NCBI GenBank assembly: GCA_964016885.1
Contig: OZ024743.1
Location: forward strand, 374,356,001 to 374,420,000
Reading direction: 5' to 3'
Length of the DNA: 64,000 nucleotides
Source: Eledone cirrhosa
Taxonomy: Eukaryota
Position numbers and translations under genes: made by a program. Below the pieces are notes generated by a model. It made no database searches. It was not told the DNA's origin and was given only the letters and a program-made list of their open reading frames with translations. This document shows, piece by piece, positions 26,776 through 38,889 of this stretch (position 1 is the stretch's first letter; each line of letters starts with the position of its first letter).

Positions 26776-27608
26776 GGGTTTGGCATAATGGGAATGGAGG
26801 ATTTGTTTTTGGTTGTTAATAGTAGAAGGTTGTTAATAGTAGAAGGGCCCTAAATAAACATAATCTCAATATTAAGATAGTAGAAAGACCTGGTACCTCC
26901 GTAAAAACACTTATTAGCAAGACATACCCGTTCCAAAGACCCTCATGTATAGATAAGAAATGTATAACTTGTAAAATAAGCCCCCATATTAACTGTAAAA
27001 CTAGAAATGTAGTGTATAGCATAAGATGTACTGAAGGACAATGTAGAAACAAAAATATAGTGTACATAGGTGAGACAGCTCGTAGTATAGGGGAACGAAT
27101 AAATGAACACTGGCGAGACCTCCAAGATAATAAAGAATCATCTGTGCTCTACCAACATGCTAAGATAGAACACAGGGGTAGATTAGAGAGCCTAGAAATA
27201 AAAATAGAATCCACACACAGAAAAGACGCAATGTTTAGGCAAATTACAGAGGCAGTAAGCATAAAAGAATTAAAACCAAAATTAAATAGAAAATATGAGT
27301 GGAACAGCAACATCACAACTTACAATTAAGGACAAAATGAAAACACACACACACATAGAACAAACAACTTACAATTAAGGACAAAATGAAAACACACACA
27401 GGACAAAATGAAAACACACACACACATAGAACAAACAACCAACCAACAATAAATAAATAAATAAATAAACAAATAGATAAATGAACACAAACACACACAT
27501 ACACCCGGATGTGGCGCATGCGCAAACTGAGCACACAACACACACACAGAAACAAAATGGCGTAGGATAGAAGAAAGGAAAGGCACAGAAACGAAGAAAG
27601 GAATCCCC

Positions 27609-27653
27609 AGTCACTGAAGAGGTCACAGAGTGTGTGACGAAAGGAGTATGACT
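27609..27653 (+). ncRNA. Hammerhead motif in PLE terminal repeat (mirror copy at 25583-25627, minus strand)
   Basis: AGTCA-CTGAAGA-G-GTCAC..GTGAC-GAAA-GGA(G/C)-TA-TGACT. Confidence 0.75.
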
Positions 27654-27811
27654 ATATATAAACAACTATCTGGTTGTGGAACCAACCAACCAACCAGAAA
27701 TTTATAGGTTTGTAAATTTGTAAATTTATAAATTTATAAATATATAATAAATTGAAGTGAAAGCAACTGGTGCGTGTGTTTCTTATTGGCAACATGACCC
27801 TCCCAAAGTAT

Positions 27812-27894
<83 letters not shown>

Positions 27895-27898
<4 letters not shown>

Positions 27899-28921
27899 AA
27901 TACAATAACAGAGATAGCTTAACGCTAAACTCCGACTGGTAACCATCTCACTCAACAAACATTAGGTTATATGTTAGTATAACCCAATTTAAGTGTTTGG
28001 GGGGCTAACTATATGTATTTTGTGGAAAGCCAGTTGTATTATTTTATGAGATATAATTAAAGTTAAAATATATCTCTCTTTCCAAACAATTGTTTCATTA
28101 TAAGTTTTCTACAAGTTGGGAGAATGTTTCCAGTTTATGTAGAAGCCTAACATATATTCATGTAAGAATATATTTAGGTGGGCACTTATAAATCTTCAGT
28201 GGAAGCCCATTAAACTTTGATATAAGAAAAAATTCTTACCGCAGTTAAAAATCGTGTCTGCTAAGCTGCTCCCTCACGCATCGAATGACCGCCAAATTTG
28301 AAATACCAGCAGTCTTTTGACTGAGGAAGTTTAATAGCGTCACGAAGCGGGAAGGGGAGACAAACACAATACACGAGAAAAGAAAAAAATAATATACACT
28401 CAGGTTAATTAGTTTTTTCAAAAACATTATCAATCCAACGTGTTAAGAACTCAATTGAAATTTAAAAAAATAAATGTATGCGTGTATTAATTACACACGC
28501 ATATAGATATTTTCTTAGGCTAAAAACAGAAGTGATACCAGAATAACGAACCGCATCACATCACCGCAGCAAATACGGAAGGTTACGCTTTAAATGCAAT
28601 TGGGAATGTAAATCTCTGGCCAAATTAAGAGTAAAATATTTAACACACGCGGGTTAATTAGTTATTTAAAACTATTATCAATTCCACGTGTTAAGAACTC
28701 AATTAATTAAAAAAAATAAATGTATGCATGTAATTATTTACACACGCATATATATATTTTCTTAGGCTAAAAACAGAGAAGTGACAACCAAAAAACCTCC
28801 ATATCTCACAACAGTAACAAATACGGAAAGTCACTTTTATAAGGTACCTGGAAATAAATACCTCTGGCCAAATCAAGAGTAACATATTTAATACAATAAC
28901 AGAGATAGCTTAACGCTAAAC

Positions 28922-28922
<1 letters not shown>
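27895..28922 (-). mobile_element. ~1-kb non-coding retrozyme-like element in (TA)n with 37-bp direct terminal repeats
   Basis: ATTTAATACAATAACAGAGATAGCTTAACGCTAAACT at 27895 and 28886; internal ~245-bp tandem duplication at 28395-28890; hammerhead at 28080-28204. Confidence 0.7.
28080..28204 (-). ncRNA. Hammerhead motif with long stem-II insertion
   Basis: TTCCA-CTGAAGA-TTTATAAGT...ACTTATAAT-GAAA-CAATTG-TT-TGGAA. Confidence 0.72.
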
Positions 28923-28968
<46 letters not shown>

Positions 28969-28996
28969 ATATATATATATGTATATATTTAACTAT

Positions 28997-29145
28997 ATTA
29001 GTGGAGGATAAGTGCGACGACGTTCTCGGGGGGAACTCTAGGCCTCGAGGAGGACAAACTGACCAGTCTGTTCGAGAGGACTTTCCGTCCAGGGCCTATG
29101 GATAACTTCCAGAGGTCCCTGGCCTGGCAGTGCTACCAAGGAGCT
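28997..29145 (+). mobile_element. L1/Tx1-like fragment related to 35410-36392
   Basis: MDNFQRSLAWQCYQG vs MDNFQKSLAWQCYRG. Confidence 0.78.
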
Positions 29146-29159
29146 CGATTCATCAATAT

Positions 29160-29880
29160 GCCTTTCACATTCTCTCTCTCTGTCTCTCTCACTCACACAC
29201 ACACTCTCTCTTCCCTTCTCTCTACTTCTCTATCTCTCTCCATTTCTTTCTCCCTCTCTCTCTCTCTTTCCTTTTCTCTACTTCTTTATCTCTATCTTCC
29301 TTTCTTTCTCCTACTCTCCGTTTCTTTCTCCCCCCTCTCTTCCCTTCTCTCTACTTATTTATCTCTCTCCCTTTATCTCTCTCTCTTCCCTTCTCCCAAC
29401 TTCTCTATCTCTCTCCATTTCTTTCTCTCCTCCTCTCTCTCTTCCCTTCTCTCTACTTCTCTATCTCTCTCCTTTCCTTTCTCCTACTCTCCCTTTCTTT
29501 CTCCCCCTCTCTCTCTTCCCCTCTCTCTACTTCTCTACCTCTCTCCCTTCCTTTCTCCTACTCTCCCTTTCTTTCTCCCCCTCTCACTCTTCCCCTCTCT
29601 CTACTTCTCTATCTCTCTCCCTTCCTTTCTCCTAATCTCCCTTTCTTTCTCACCCCTCTCTCTCTTCCCTTCTCTTTACTTCTTTATCTCTCTCCCTTCA
29701 GTTCTCTCAACTTCTCTATCTCTCTCCCTTTCTTTATCACCCCCCTCTCTCCCTTCCCTTCTCTCTACTTCTCTATCTCTCTCCCTTCCTTTCTCCTACT
29801 CTCCGTTTCTTTATCACCCCCCTCTCTGTCTTCACCTCTCTTTCTTCCTCTCCATTACTTTAAGTTTCCTCATTCTCTAT
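29160..29880. repeat. CT-rich degenerate minisatellite
   Basis: Recurring ttcccttctctctacttctctatctctctccc. Confidence 0.88.
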
Positions 29881-29939
29881 CGTCAGAGATGCTAGACTCG
29901 AATGTTTTCTTTTAAAAATTAGCCGATGCAGCTAACTAA

Positions 29940-29942
29940 CAT

Positions 29943-29981
<39 letters not shown>

Positions 29982-31045
29982 CACTACCACCATAAACACC
30001 CACACTACCATTACCACCTCCATCACCACCACCACTACTACCAATGTGATTAACGCGACTACCACACCACCACCAGCACTGCAACCGCCACCTCCACCAT
30101 CACCAACCACACTACCACCACCACCACCACCACCACCACCACCACCACTACCACCACCACCATCACCATCACCAACAGCAGCACTGCCATGCCACCGCCA
30201 CATCCATCACCACCAACCCCACTACCACCACCACCACCACCACCACTACCATCACCACCACCACCACTACCATCACCACCACCACCATTACCACCACCAA
30301 ACCGCCACCACAACCACCACCATCACCACCATCACCACCACTACCACGACTACCTCCACCAACACCCCCACTACCACCACCATCACCACCATTACCACCA
30401 CCATCACCACCACTACCACGACTACCACCACCAACACGCCCCACTACAAATACAACTACCACCATTATCTCCATTATTACCACCACCATTATCACCACCA
30501 CCACCATCACCACCATCACCACCATTACCACCACCACAATTACCACCACAACCACCATTTCCACCACCACCATTACCACCAACACCACCATTACTACCAT
30601 TACCACCACCCCACCACCCCCACCATTACCACCATAACCACCATTACCCCACCACAACTACAACCACCACCATTACCACCATCACCACCATTACCCCACC
30701 ACAACTACAACCACCACCATTACCACCACCATTACCACCATCGCCACCATTACCACCACCACAACTACAACCATACTACCACGCTACCACACCACCACCG
30801 CAACCATTACCACCACCATTACCACCACAACTACCACCACCACCACCACCACCATCACCACCACCACTACCACCACCACAACTACAACCATACTACCACG
30901 TTACCACACCACCACCGCAACCATTACGACCACCATTACCACCACAACTACTACCACCACCACAACCACCATCAACACCACCACTACCACCACCACAACT
31001 ACAACCATACTACCACACCACCACTACCACCATTACCACCATCAG
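29940..31045. repeat. (CTA)n/(CCA)n compound repeat
   Basis: Direct inspection. Confidence 0.92.
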
Positions 31046-31525
31046 GATGTTAAACCTTTTAGATAAGCCTTTACTAGACAGAAAATATTTTACATTAGAA
31101 GTTTCCCCATCCTTCTCTGTAAATCATCATAGAAACATTTAGCCTTCAGTTCAATGACCGTCGTATTTATCGACATATTACATTCAGTTAGGTTATCAAC
31201 CCCAAGTACCACAGGTCTCTCATCTTGTTACTGACCGTCAACCTAATTTCCTGCTAACACGTACACAGTAAAACTCCCTGCCCCCATTCCACCGCCAAAC
31301 TTAATTCAGACAAACCCCAGTGCTTCATTCGTGCTGTATTTAATTGATTCTGGAAAATGACAGAGAAAAGCGGTCTTGATATATATAAGTCCCACAAGTT
31401 ACAGTAAGACATTTTGATCAACTTTTTAACATTTTTCTATTTTTAGTCTGGTAGAAGGGTTTAATTACATGGTCTTCACATGCTCTTTGTGACCAGTTAA
31501 CATTTGAAGCCGGAAAAACGGGTTG

Positions 31526-31720
31526 CAGGACTGCAAACCTCTAAAAACCGAAACGGGGAGTACCATCTAAAAAAGTGCCCCCAAATGGGGATAAATGAAG
31601 CAAACTAGGGAGATTTTGCATAATGAAAGTTATACCCATTTCCACAAAAACGGGGAGACTGGGGAGAAACTAACCAGAACGGGGAGATATCCCCATCGGA
31701 CGGGGAGAGTTAACAGGTCT
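31526..31720. mobile_element. Possible hAT-like MITE with ACGGGGAG subterminal repeats
   Basis: Ends CAGGACTGCAAACCTCT / AGAGTTAACAGGTCTG; four ACGGGGAG motifs; no clean TSD. Confidence 0.4.
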
Positions 31721-33284
31721 GTGGTTGGGAGATAACTCCAGTGGGATGATATTCTCGGTGGAGTGGTTGGTATGGGTTCTGGTATGAAGTGGAGGTCAAT
31801 GTAATCTGAATGTTGATCTAATAACATCGACAATATTTTCCTGATTATTCAGATAGATTAAAATAAAAAACAAAAACAGAAATAATCGTTATACATTTTT
31901 AGTTTAATTGCTCTTGTTAAGCATGTGGACGACATTTTGTAGCCATATGAGAAGATTTTGTTGGCAGAGCTGACGCCATCCTGGTTTACGAGCAGGGTAG
32001 GGGGAATATATCAATTTCTGTGTGTGTTAAGGATATGAAGGAATGCAAACATTGCTAATATTTAACCTGGTCAATATATCTGACAACGGAAAAACGTCGA
32101 AGATTCAATCTCATGAAAATTTAAACAATCCATCATTGATGCAATCAGACCAAACACAAATACATTGCTTAAATCAGTGAACAAGCCTTGTAAATATCTA
32201 AATATTAACCAAGTAATAATATCTTACAATTAGCTGTCTTTGTTCTGTGGGGTAAGTAGCTGGTCGTGTCTATTCTGGGGGCTAACTAGCTGGTCGTGTC
32301 TATTCAGGGAAAGTTCTTCAGTGTAAATCCACATATACATTCCGGTGAAGCAGTATATACGAATAAAGGGTGTTATTACGTTTCCTAACGTTTCGAAGTT
32401 CTAACAGCAACGGACTCGATATCGCCACTGAAATCGATTAAATAACTATCAATGCAAAAAATAGTGTATTTACTAGAACTATATTTATTACTAATTTTGA
32501 AACAAAGCCAGTAAATTTGGGAGGAATGCAAAGTTAATTTAATCAACCCACGTACACTACTAGTATTATATTTTATCGATCTCGGAAGAATGAAAGGAAA
32601 AGTTTACAATGGCAGGATTTTTACACAGATTTAAGAGCTACAAAAAAATACTCCAATGGCATTTATACCCCACACCACTTTTGACCAGGCTGATATTAAT
32701 AAATGAATTGTACAGTGAGCTAATCGGTTGTGTATTTTAAATTGTGTTCAATTGTTCAATTTCACGACTCAGCAAGATGTCCTTGTATTTTATGTATTTC
32801 ATATCACAATGAGGCGGCACATTTGTAGAAACGTTAAAACGTCGGATAAATTGTCTTCGGGTATCCGTTCTGCCTGTCTGCGCCATCTGAGTTCAAAGAC
32901 TGACCATTGTTCTACTTTGCCTTTCACCCTTCTGGAGTCGATAAAATAAATACTGGGATTTGAATCAATCAACTTTGCCCTTCCCCTAACGTTGCTGGCC
33001 TTGTACCAAAAGTAGAAATAATAATCATTATTGCCTTTTCATTCTTCCGGGGTCAATAAAATAAGATAGCAGTCAAATTGATAGCCTTCTGTTAAAATCA
33101 AATACCAAAGGTAAGTTTGGTTGTTGTTGTTAATTAAAATTATTATCAACTGCATCATCAATGAATGATTAGTCCTATTAACGGGAGAAAGGTGCGGCGG
33201 CACCATCTGACACTAGATAGTGGTTTGAACTTAATGAACCGGCTTAGTTCATGACCTGCATTCACCGATTTCAAAACACACACA

Positions 33285-33346
<62 letters not shown>

Positions 33347-33484
33347 GATTTTGTCAAACTAACATTTTCCTTTCAAATTATGAGATGATGTCGAAATCTC
33401 CTAAATCTCCTAAATCTCATTAAAAAAATATTCGTTTCAGATATGTTTATGTGTTTTATGATTATCATAGAAAGAGAAAACAAT

Positions 33485-35428
33485 TAATAATTGTTTCTAC
33501 TTTTGGCACAAGGCCAGCAATTACCCAGTGCATTACTGGTACTTTATTTTATCGACCCCGTAAGGATGAAAGGCAAAGTTAACCTCGGCGGGATTTAATA
33601 ATGGTTTCTTATATAGGCACAAGGCCAGCAATTTGGAGGGGAGGGGAAAGTCGATTAAATCGACCCCAGTGCGTGACTGGTACTTTATTTTATCGACCCC
33701 GTAAGGATGAAAGGCAAAGTTAACCTCGGCGGTATTGCCAGAAATAATAATTGTTTCTACTTTAGGCACAAGGCCAGCAATTACCCAGTGCATTACTGGT
33801 ACTTTATTTTATCGACCCCCGTAAGGATGAAAGGCAAAGTCAACCTCGGCGGGATTTGAACTCAGATCGTAAAGGGACGTAATTATGCTGGAAAGCATGG
33901 CGCCCGACCTCTACCGATACTGATAATAATAACACACACTCACTGTTTGATTTGGATTGGTTTTCGCTTCCGTATATTTTATATCTCTAAAGTTAACCTG
34001 GTCGGGGTTTGAAATCAGACCATAAAGGGCCATAACTCTTTGCTGCAAAGCATGGCGTCAGACCCTCTACCGATACTGCCACTCCTGTTTCCAGTTTAGA
34101 CACAAGGCCAGCAATTTTTGGGGAACGGAAAATCGATTAAATCGACCCCAAATGTTTATTATCATATAACAAATATATAAGATTAAATACAAGTACATAC
34201 ATATAATCAGTTAATAAACAAACGTTATTTTGTGTGTGTGAGAGTCAGCGTGTAATGTATATATATATAATACACATTTCCATGGTCATACACCAAACAA
34301 GATGTAATAAAATACTTTCACTCATCACTGCCTCCGTCTCTCTCGCTGTTCTTATCTCTCACTATTATGGCGGTGAATTGGCAGTATCGGTAAAGGGTTG
34401 GACGCCATGCTTTCTAGCATAGTTACGTCCCTTTACAATCTGAGTTCAAATCCTGCCGAGGTTAACTTTGCCTTTCATCCTTACAGGGTCTATAAAATAA
34501 AGTACCAGTAATGTACTGGGTATTCGCTGGCCTTGTGCCTAAAGTAGAAACAATTATAAGTAAATGGGGGCCCACACTCTGGCCGCCCCGTGGTCCCGGC
34601 GGACAGAATAGAGAAAGTGTTCCCCCCGAAGGCCGTAGCAATTTAATTGTGCCCTCTGCTCGGCTTTTTAGTTTTAGGATGGTTAGATTTTTTAAAAATT
34701 TAATACCTGTATGTATAACTTTTCAATTCCAATTACTTGCGTCAAGTATACTTTGATATGTAAAACTGGGGGTTTGCTGTGTATTCTAATTTTCGGGCCC
34801 GACAAAACTTAAGTGACATGCCAAGGTCTAAATCCAGCCTTGCCTATAGTGCTCCAGTTATTATTGCATTTGTTGTTACCTTCATGCCACAGATCTTGTA
34901 TACTTCAATTTCAAGATCCTTGAATTTTAACAGCTTTTCCACTGTTTCGAGCAATATTGTGGCCAGAAGAGATTGTAATATATATCATTAGACATGTGTT
35001 TATTATAAAGTACCAGTGAGTCAATTTAATCGATTTTCCCCTTCCCCAAAATTGTTGTCCTTGAGTCTAAATCACAAACCATTATTATTATTATTATTAT
35101 TATTATTAGGGCGGTGGATTGGCAGTATCTGTAGAGGGTCGGACGCCATGCTTTGTAGCAAAGAGTTACGGCCCTTTATGGTCTGAGTTCAAATCCCACC
35201 GAAGTTAACTCTGCCTTTCATCCATACGGGGTCGATGGCGGTGGATTGGCAGTATCGGTAGAGGGTCGGACACCATGCTTTCCAGAATAGTTACGTCCTT
35301 TTACGATCTGAGTTCAAATCCCGCCGAGGTTGACTTTGCCTTTCATCCTTACGGGGTCGATAAAATAAAGTACCAGTAATGCACTGGGTAATTGCTGGCC
35401 TTGTGCCTAAAGTAGAAACAATTATTGT
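33485..35428. mobile_element. Dense cluster of young SINE family 1 copies (minus 33485-34150; plus 34368-34560 and 35005-35428)
   Basis: Near-identical cores, nested and head-to-tail. Confidence 0.88.
34845..35000 (-). mobile_element. Old Dong RLE fragment
   Basis: EKLLKFKDLEIEVYKICGMKVTTNAIITGA vs EKLSKYKDLEIEIGKMWKLRTKTIPVVVGA. Confidence 0.7.
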
Positions 35429-35429
35429 T

Positions 35430-36392
35430 GCCAGGCACTCACTGCCCTCTACCAAGCGGGCAATGCGATCAGTGGAACTTCCACTCTCGAGTTCTATAGA
35501 GGATTAGTGGTGGGCAAGTGCGATGACGCACTCGGAGAAGCTTTGGGCCTCGACGAAGTCGAACTGACCAGTCTGTACCGGAGGACTTTTGAGCCGGGGA
35601 CGATGGACAATTTCCAGAAATCCCTCGCTTGGCAGTGCTACCGGGGTCACTGCCGGTTCGGGATAAACTCTACAGGCACGGAAGTGCTGTCAGACGGACC
35701 TGCCCAAGATACGCACAGAACGACGAAACCGTTCTGCACGCACTTGTCCAATGTCCGTGCATTACTGACTTGTGGAGTTATGTCGAACAGCTACTGTCGC
35801 GTGTGGAACGAATCCGGCTATCGGCCGAGTCCATAGTGAAGATCGAGCCGCCACCTTCCTTAGGTCAGGAAGAGCAGGACATTTTCCTCTGTCTGGTGGC
35901 AGTTGCGAAAGAGATTATATGGTGGACCAGGTTGAAAGGACTAAAGACAGACACTTTTCTCTTCGGCCAATCCCTCATCAACTTCTTCAAGTTTCACCTG
36001 GAAAGGAGGGCGAGGGTGGAGAGAGAAGTGCTGCCCCCCAGTACATTTGCTAAAAGGTGGGTGAATGTGGCGAGAATGGCTCGTGTGAATGGGCCTACTC
36101 TGACCATGCGCCTATAGGCTAGCTAACTTGAGGAGAGGGGTGCTCTCCTGGGTGCCCTAGAAGCGCAGGGTGGTTCAGGATTGGTGGGGTACCCGAATCA
36201 CCCCAGGCTCGTCCACCCCCTATCGGGGAATTTATTTTGTTATATTTTGCATAGTTCATTTTATATTTTTATATTTTCATTGTTAAATTAGTCTTGCCAT
36301 TGTGCGCTTTTACTCGACCTTATTGTAAACCCCCACTGTCCCTGTCTTTGTATTGTCCCCTACATGTCGGCCCTTGTGGCTAATAAATGAAA
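35430..36392 (+). mobile_element. L1/Tx1-clade LINE 3' portion (zf-RVT), frameshifted, with (ATT)n tail
   Basis: LPVRDKL..CPR....ETVLHALVQCP..LW..V, IIWWTR; 3' end ggcccttgtggctaataaatgaaatc(att)n. Confidence 0.85.
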
Positions 36393-36419
36393 TCATTATT
36401 ATTATTATTATTATTATTA

Positions 36420-38858
36420 TTGCATTTATCTTGCTTTATGTTCATACGAGTTATCACCAAGTCACAACCAGTGACCTCAAGAGACAACAAGGTCCACCAT
36501 GTTCAAGAAAGAACATACATACTCACACATGCATCTTTAGGTTTTTAGACTTGTGATGTACTTATATTGACAGAATCTTCCTTAGTATATGGGCAGTTCC
36601 CATTAGTACTATCTTTTGTATTTCTCCTATACGCGGGTTTCCTGGGATTTGCGATAAGTAATCATTAGACCCCTTGGGTATCATTCCTAGAGCGCCTACA
36701 GCCACTGGTATTGTTTTAGTTCTCAATTTCCACATTTTTCCAATTTCTATCTCCAGGTCCTTATACTTGCTCAATTTTTCAAATGTTTTTATAGATACAT
36801 TCTTGTCTATTGGAACGGACATATCAATTAGCAGGCATACCCTCTTTTTAAAGTCCTTCAGTATTATATCAGGTCTATTTGCATCTATTTTTCGGTCTGT
36901 TTGGATGCTAAAGTTCCACAAGATTGAGGTGTGATATTTCTCAAGTACGGAGCTGGTTGATGCTCCCAACAATTCTTTTGATGGGGCAGGTCAAAATGCT
37001 TACACATTATCCAATGTATGTATTGTGCAGCTCTGTCATGCCTGTTTAGGTATTCGGTTGGAGCTATAGGACTGCACATTGAAATTATATGATCAATGGT
37101 CTCTGGTTATTTTTTACATACACGGCATAATGGGTTGCATCCATTTTTTATTATGTTGGGTTGGTAATTTTTTGTTGGCAGACACTGATCTTGTGCTGAT
37201 ATAATCAGTCCTTCAGTCTCCGATTTCAGTCCAGAGGATGCTAACCACTCATGGGTTAAAGTTTTGTCAACATCAGGATTGTTAGCTCGTTCTGGATATT
37301 TTCCATACAGAGGCTTTTCTTGCCATTTCTTAGCCAGTTTCTGTAGCAGTTCTTTCTTTGCAGTTACTTTTACCTGCTTTGCTTTTTCTGTGTTTTCCAT
37401 TTCAGCAGTAAATGGGACTTCTGAAATTTGTAGTCCATTACTATATCTTTGTGCATCTTTTGTAATGGAAAATGATCTTTTGATGCTTTCGTGTTTCAAA
37501 TCGAGTTTGATCATCCAATCATGTGATTCCCTTAGATATGTAGATAATCCAATTGTTGCAGTTTTCAACGCAATGTCTAACTGGATTAACCCACGTCCTC
37601 CTTCTTTCCCAGGGAGATATATTCTATCTGTATCTGCCTTAGGGTGATGCATTCTGTGCATTGTATAAGAATTTTCGAATTTTTGTATCGAGCCTACGGA
37701 TCTCTGTTCTTGACCAGTTGATGACATTGTAACTGTAGGTTATTACTGGTATGGCAAGCGTGTTTATGGCATCGATCCTATTCCTTGCATTCAATTCCGT
37801 TCTTAAGATTGCTCTTACTCTGCGGTAACATTCCTTCCTTATCCTTCCCTCATTGTCGAGTGCTTGATTCCGTCTCCTTCACAAACACCTAGATATTTGT
37901 AAGTTTTTTTTTGATCAAGTTCTCTTATCACGTTCCCCCAATCAAGATTAATGTCTGAACTCTTCAGCAGCTTTCCTCTGGTGAACGTTGCTTTGGCCCA
38001 TTTATCTTGTCCAAACTCCATTTTAATGTCATCACTGAACTGCTCCACAGTGGATAATAGCCCTTGCAATTGTTCATCATTTTTTGCAAATAGTTTCAGG
38101 TCATCCATGTAGAACAAGTGATTAATGGTTTTGTCATAGACTTTATATCCATGTTTTGTTTCATTGAGCATTTTACTTAATGGTATAAGTGCGATGCAGA
38201 ATAAAAGCGGTGATAAAGAGTCACCCTGAAAAATTCCACAATTAATATTAACTTCTCCAGCTTCCAGTGATTTTGTTTCACTATTCAAAAGGAGTGTCGT
38301 TTTCCATGTCTTCATACTGAATGACAAAAACCTCCTGACAACGGGGGATATTTTGAAAATCTCTAAACATTTTTCAATCCAACTGTGTGGCAAACTATCG
38401 AATGCTTTTTTATAATCTATCCAAGCAATTGGTAGATTTTTGTGTCTATTATGACAATCTTCCAGTATCATTTTGTTAACCAAAAGCTGATACTTACAGC
38501 CATATGAGCCTCGTTTATACCCTTTCTGCTCAATGGGAAATAGGTCATTTGTTATCAGGTGGTCATATGTGTATTCAGTTAGGACTGATGTTAAAATTTT
38601 ATACATTGTAGTCAAGCAAGTTATCGGTCTGTAATTTTTGGGATTGTTTGTCTCATCATTCTTCGGAAGCAGGAATGTAATGCCGTTAACTAGCCATGAT
38701 GGTATCTTTTCTGGCTCCTTAACTATTTCATTGTAAAGTTGGGCTAACAGCTCATGAGACTCTGTGAAGGCATTTATCCAAAAATTTTGTATTTTGTCTT
38801 TTCCTGGGGATTTCCATTTGCTGGGTTTTTTTAGAGCCAAGCGCAACTGTTCAACTGT
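36420..38858 (-). mobile_element. Dong/R4 family C copy 1, 5'-truncated and frameshifted, in (TTA)n
   Basis: ORF pieces 37839-38858 (RT, HLFYMDDLKL), 37107-37727 and 36562-37079 (RHD, NRPDII); near-identical to 55300-57730. Confidence 0.93.
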
Positions 38859-38889
38859 TATTATTATTATTATTATTATTATTGTTATT

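Larger units (their letters stand above)
25417..27819 (-). mobile_element. 5'-truncated PLE with ~960-bp inverted duplication (25417-26374 and 26840-27819)
   Basis: Arms nearly identical; GIY-YIG ORF present on both strands; hammerhead in each arm. Confidence 0.92.

Noticed and set aside
31740-32030. Possible minus-strand host exons (pyrimidine tract + AG near 31842 and 32018)
   Set aside because: No recognisable protein motif or donor site; cannot be supported without RNA data
32340-32420. Hammerhead remnant (CGAAACGTTA on the minus strand)
   Set aside because: No intact CUGANGA core or stem I
35236-35330. tRNA genes
   Set aside because: A and B boxes belong to SINE heads; no cloverleaf, and each is followed by the SINE core
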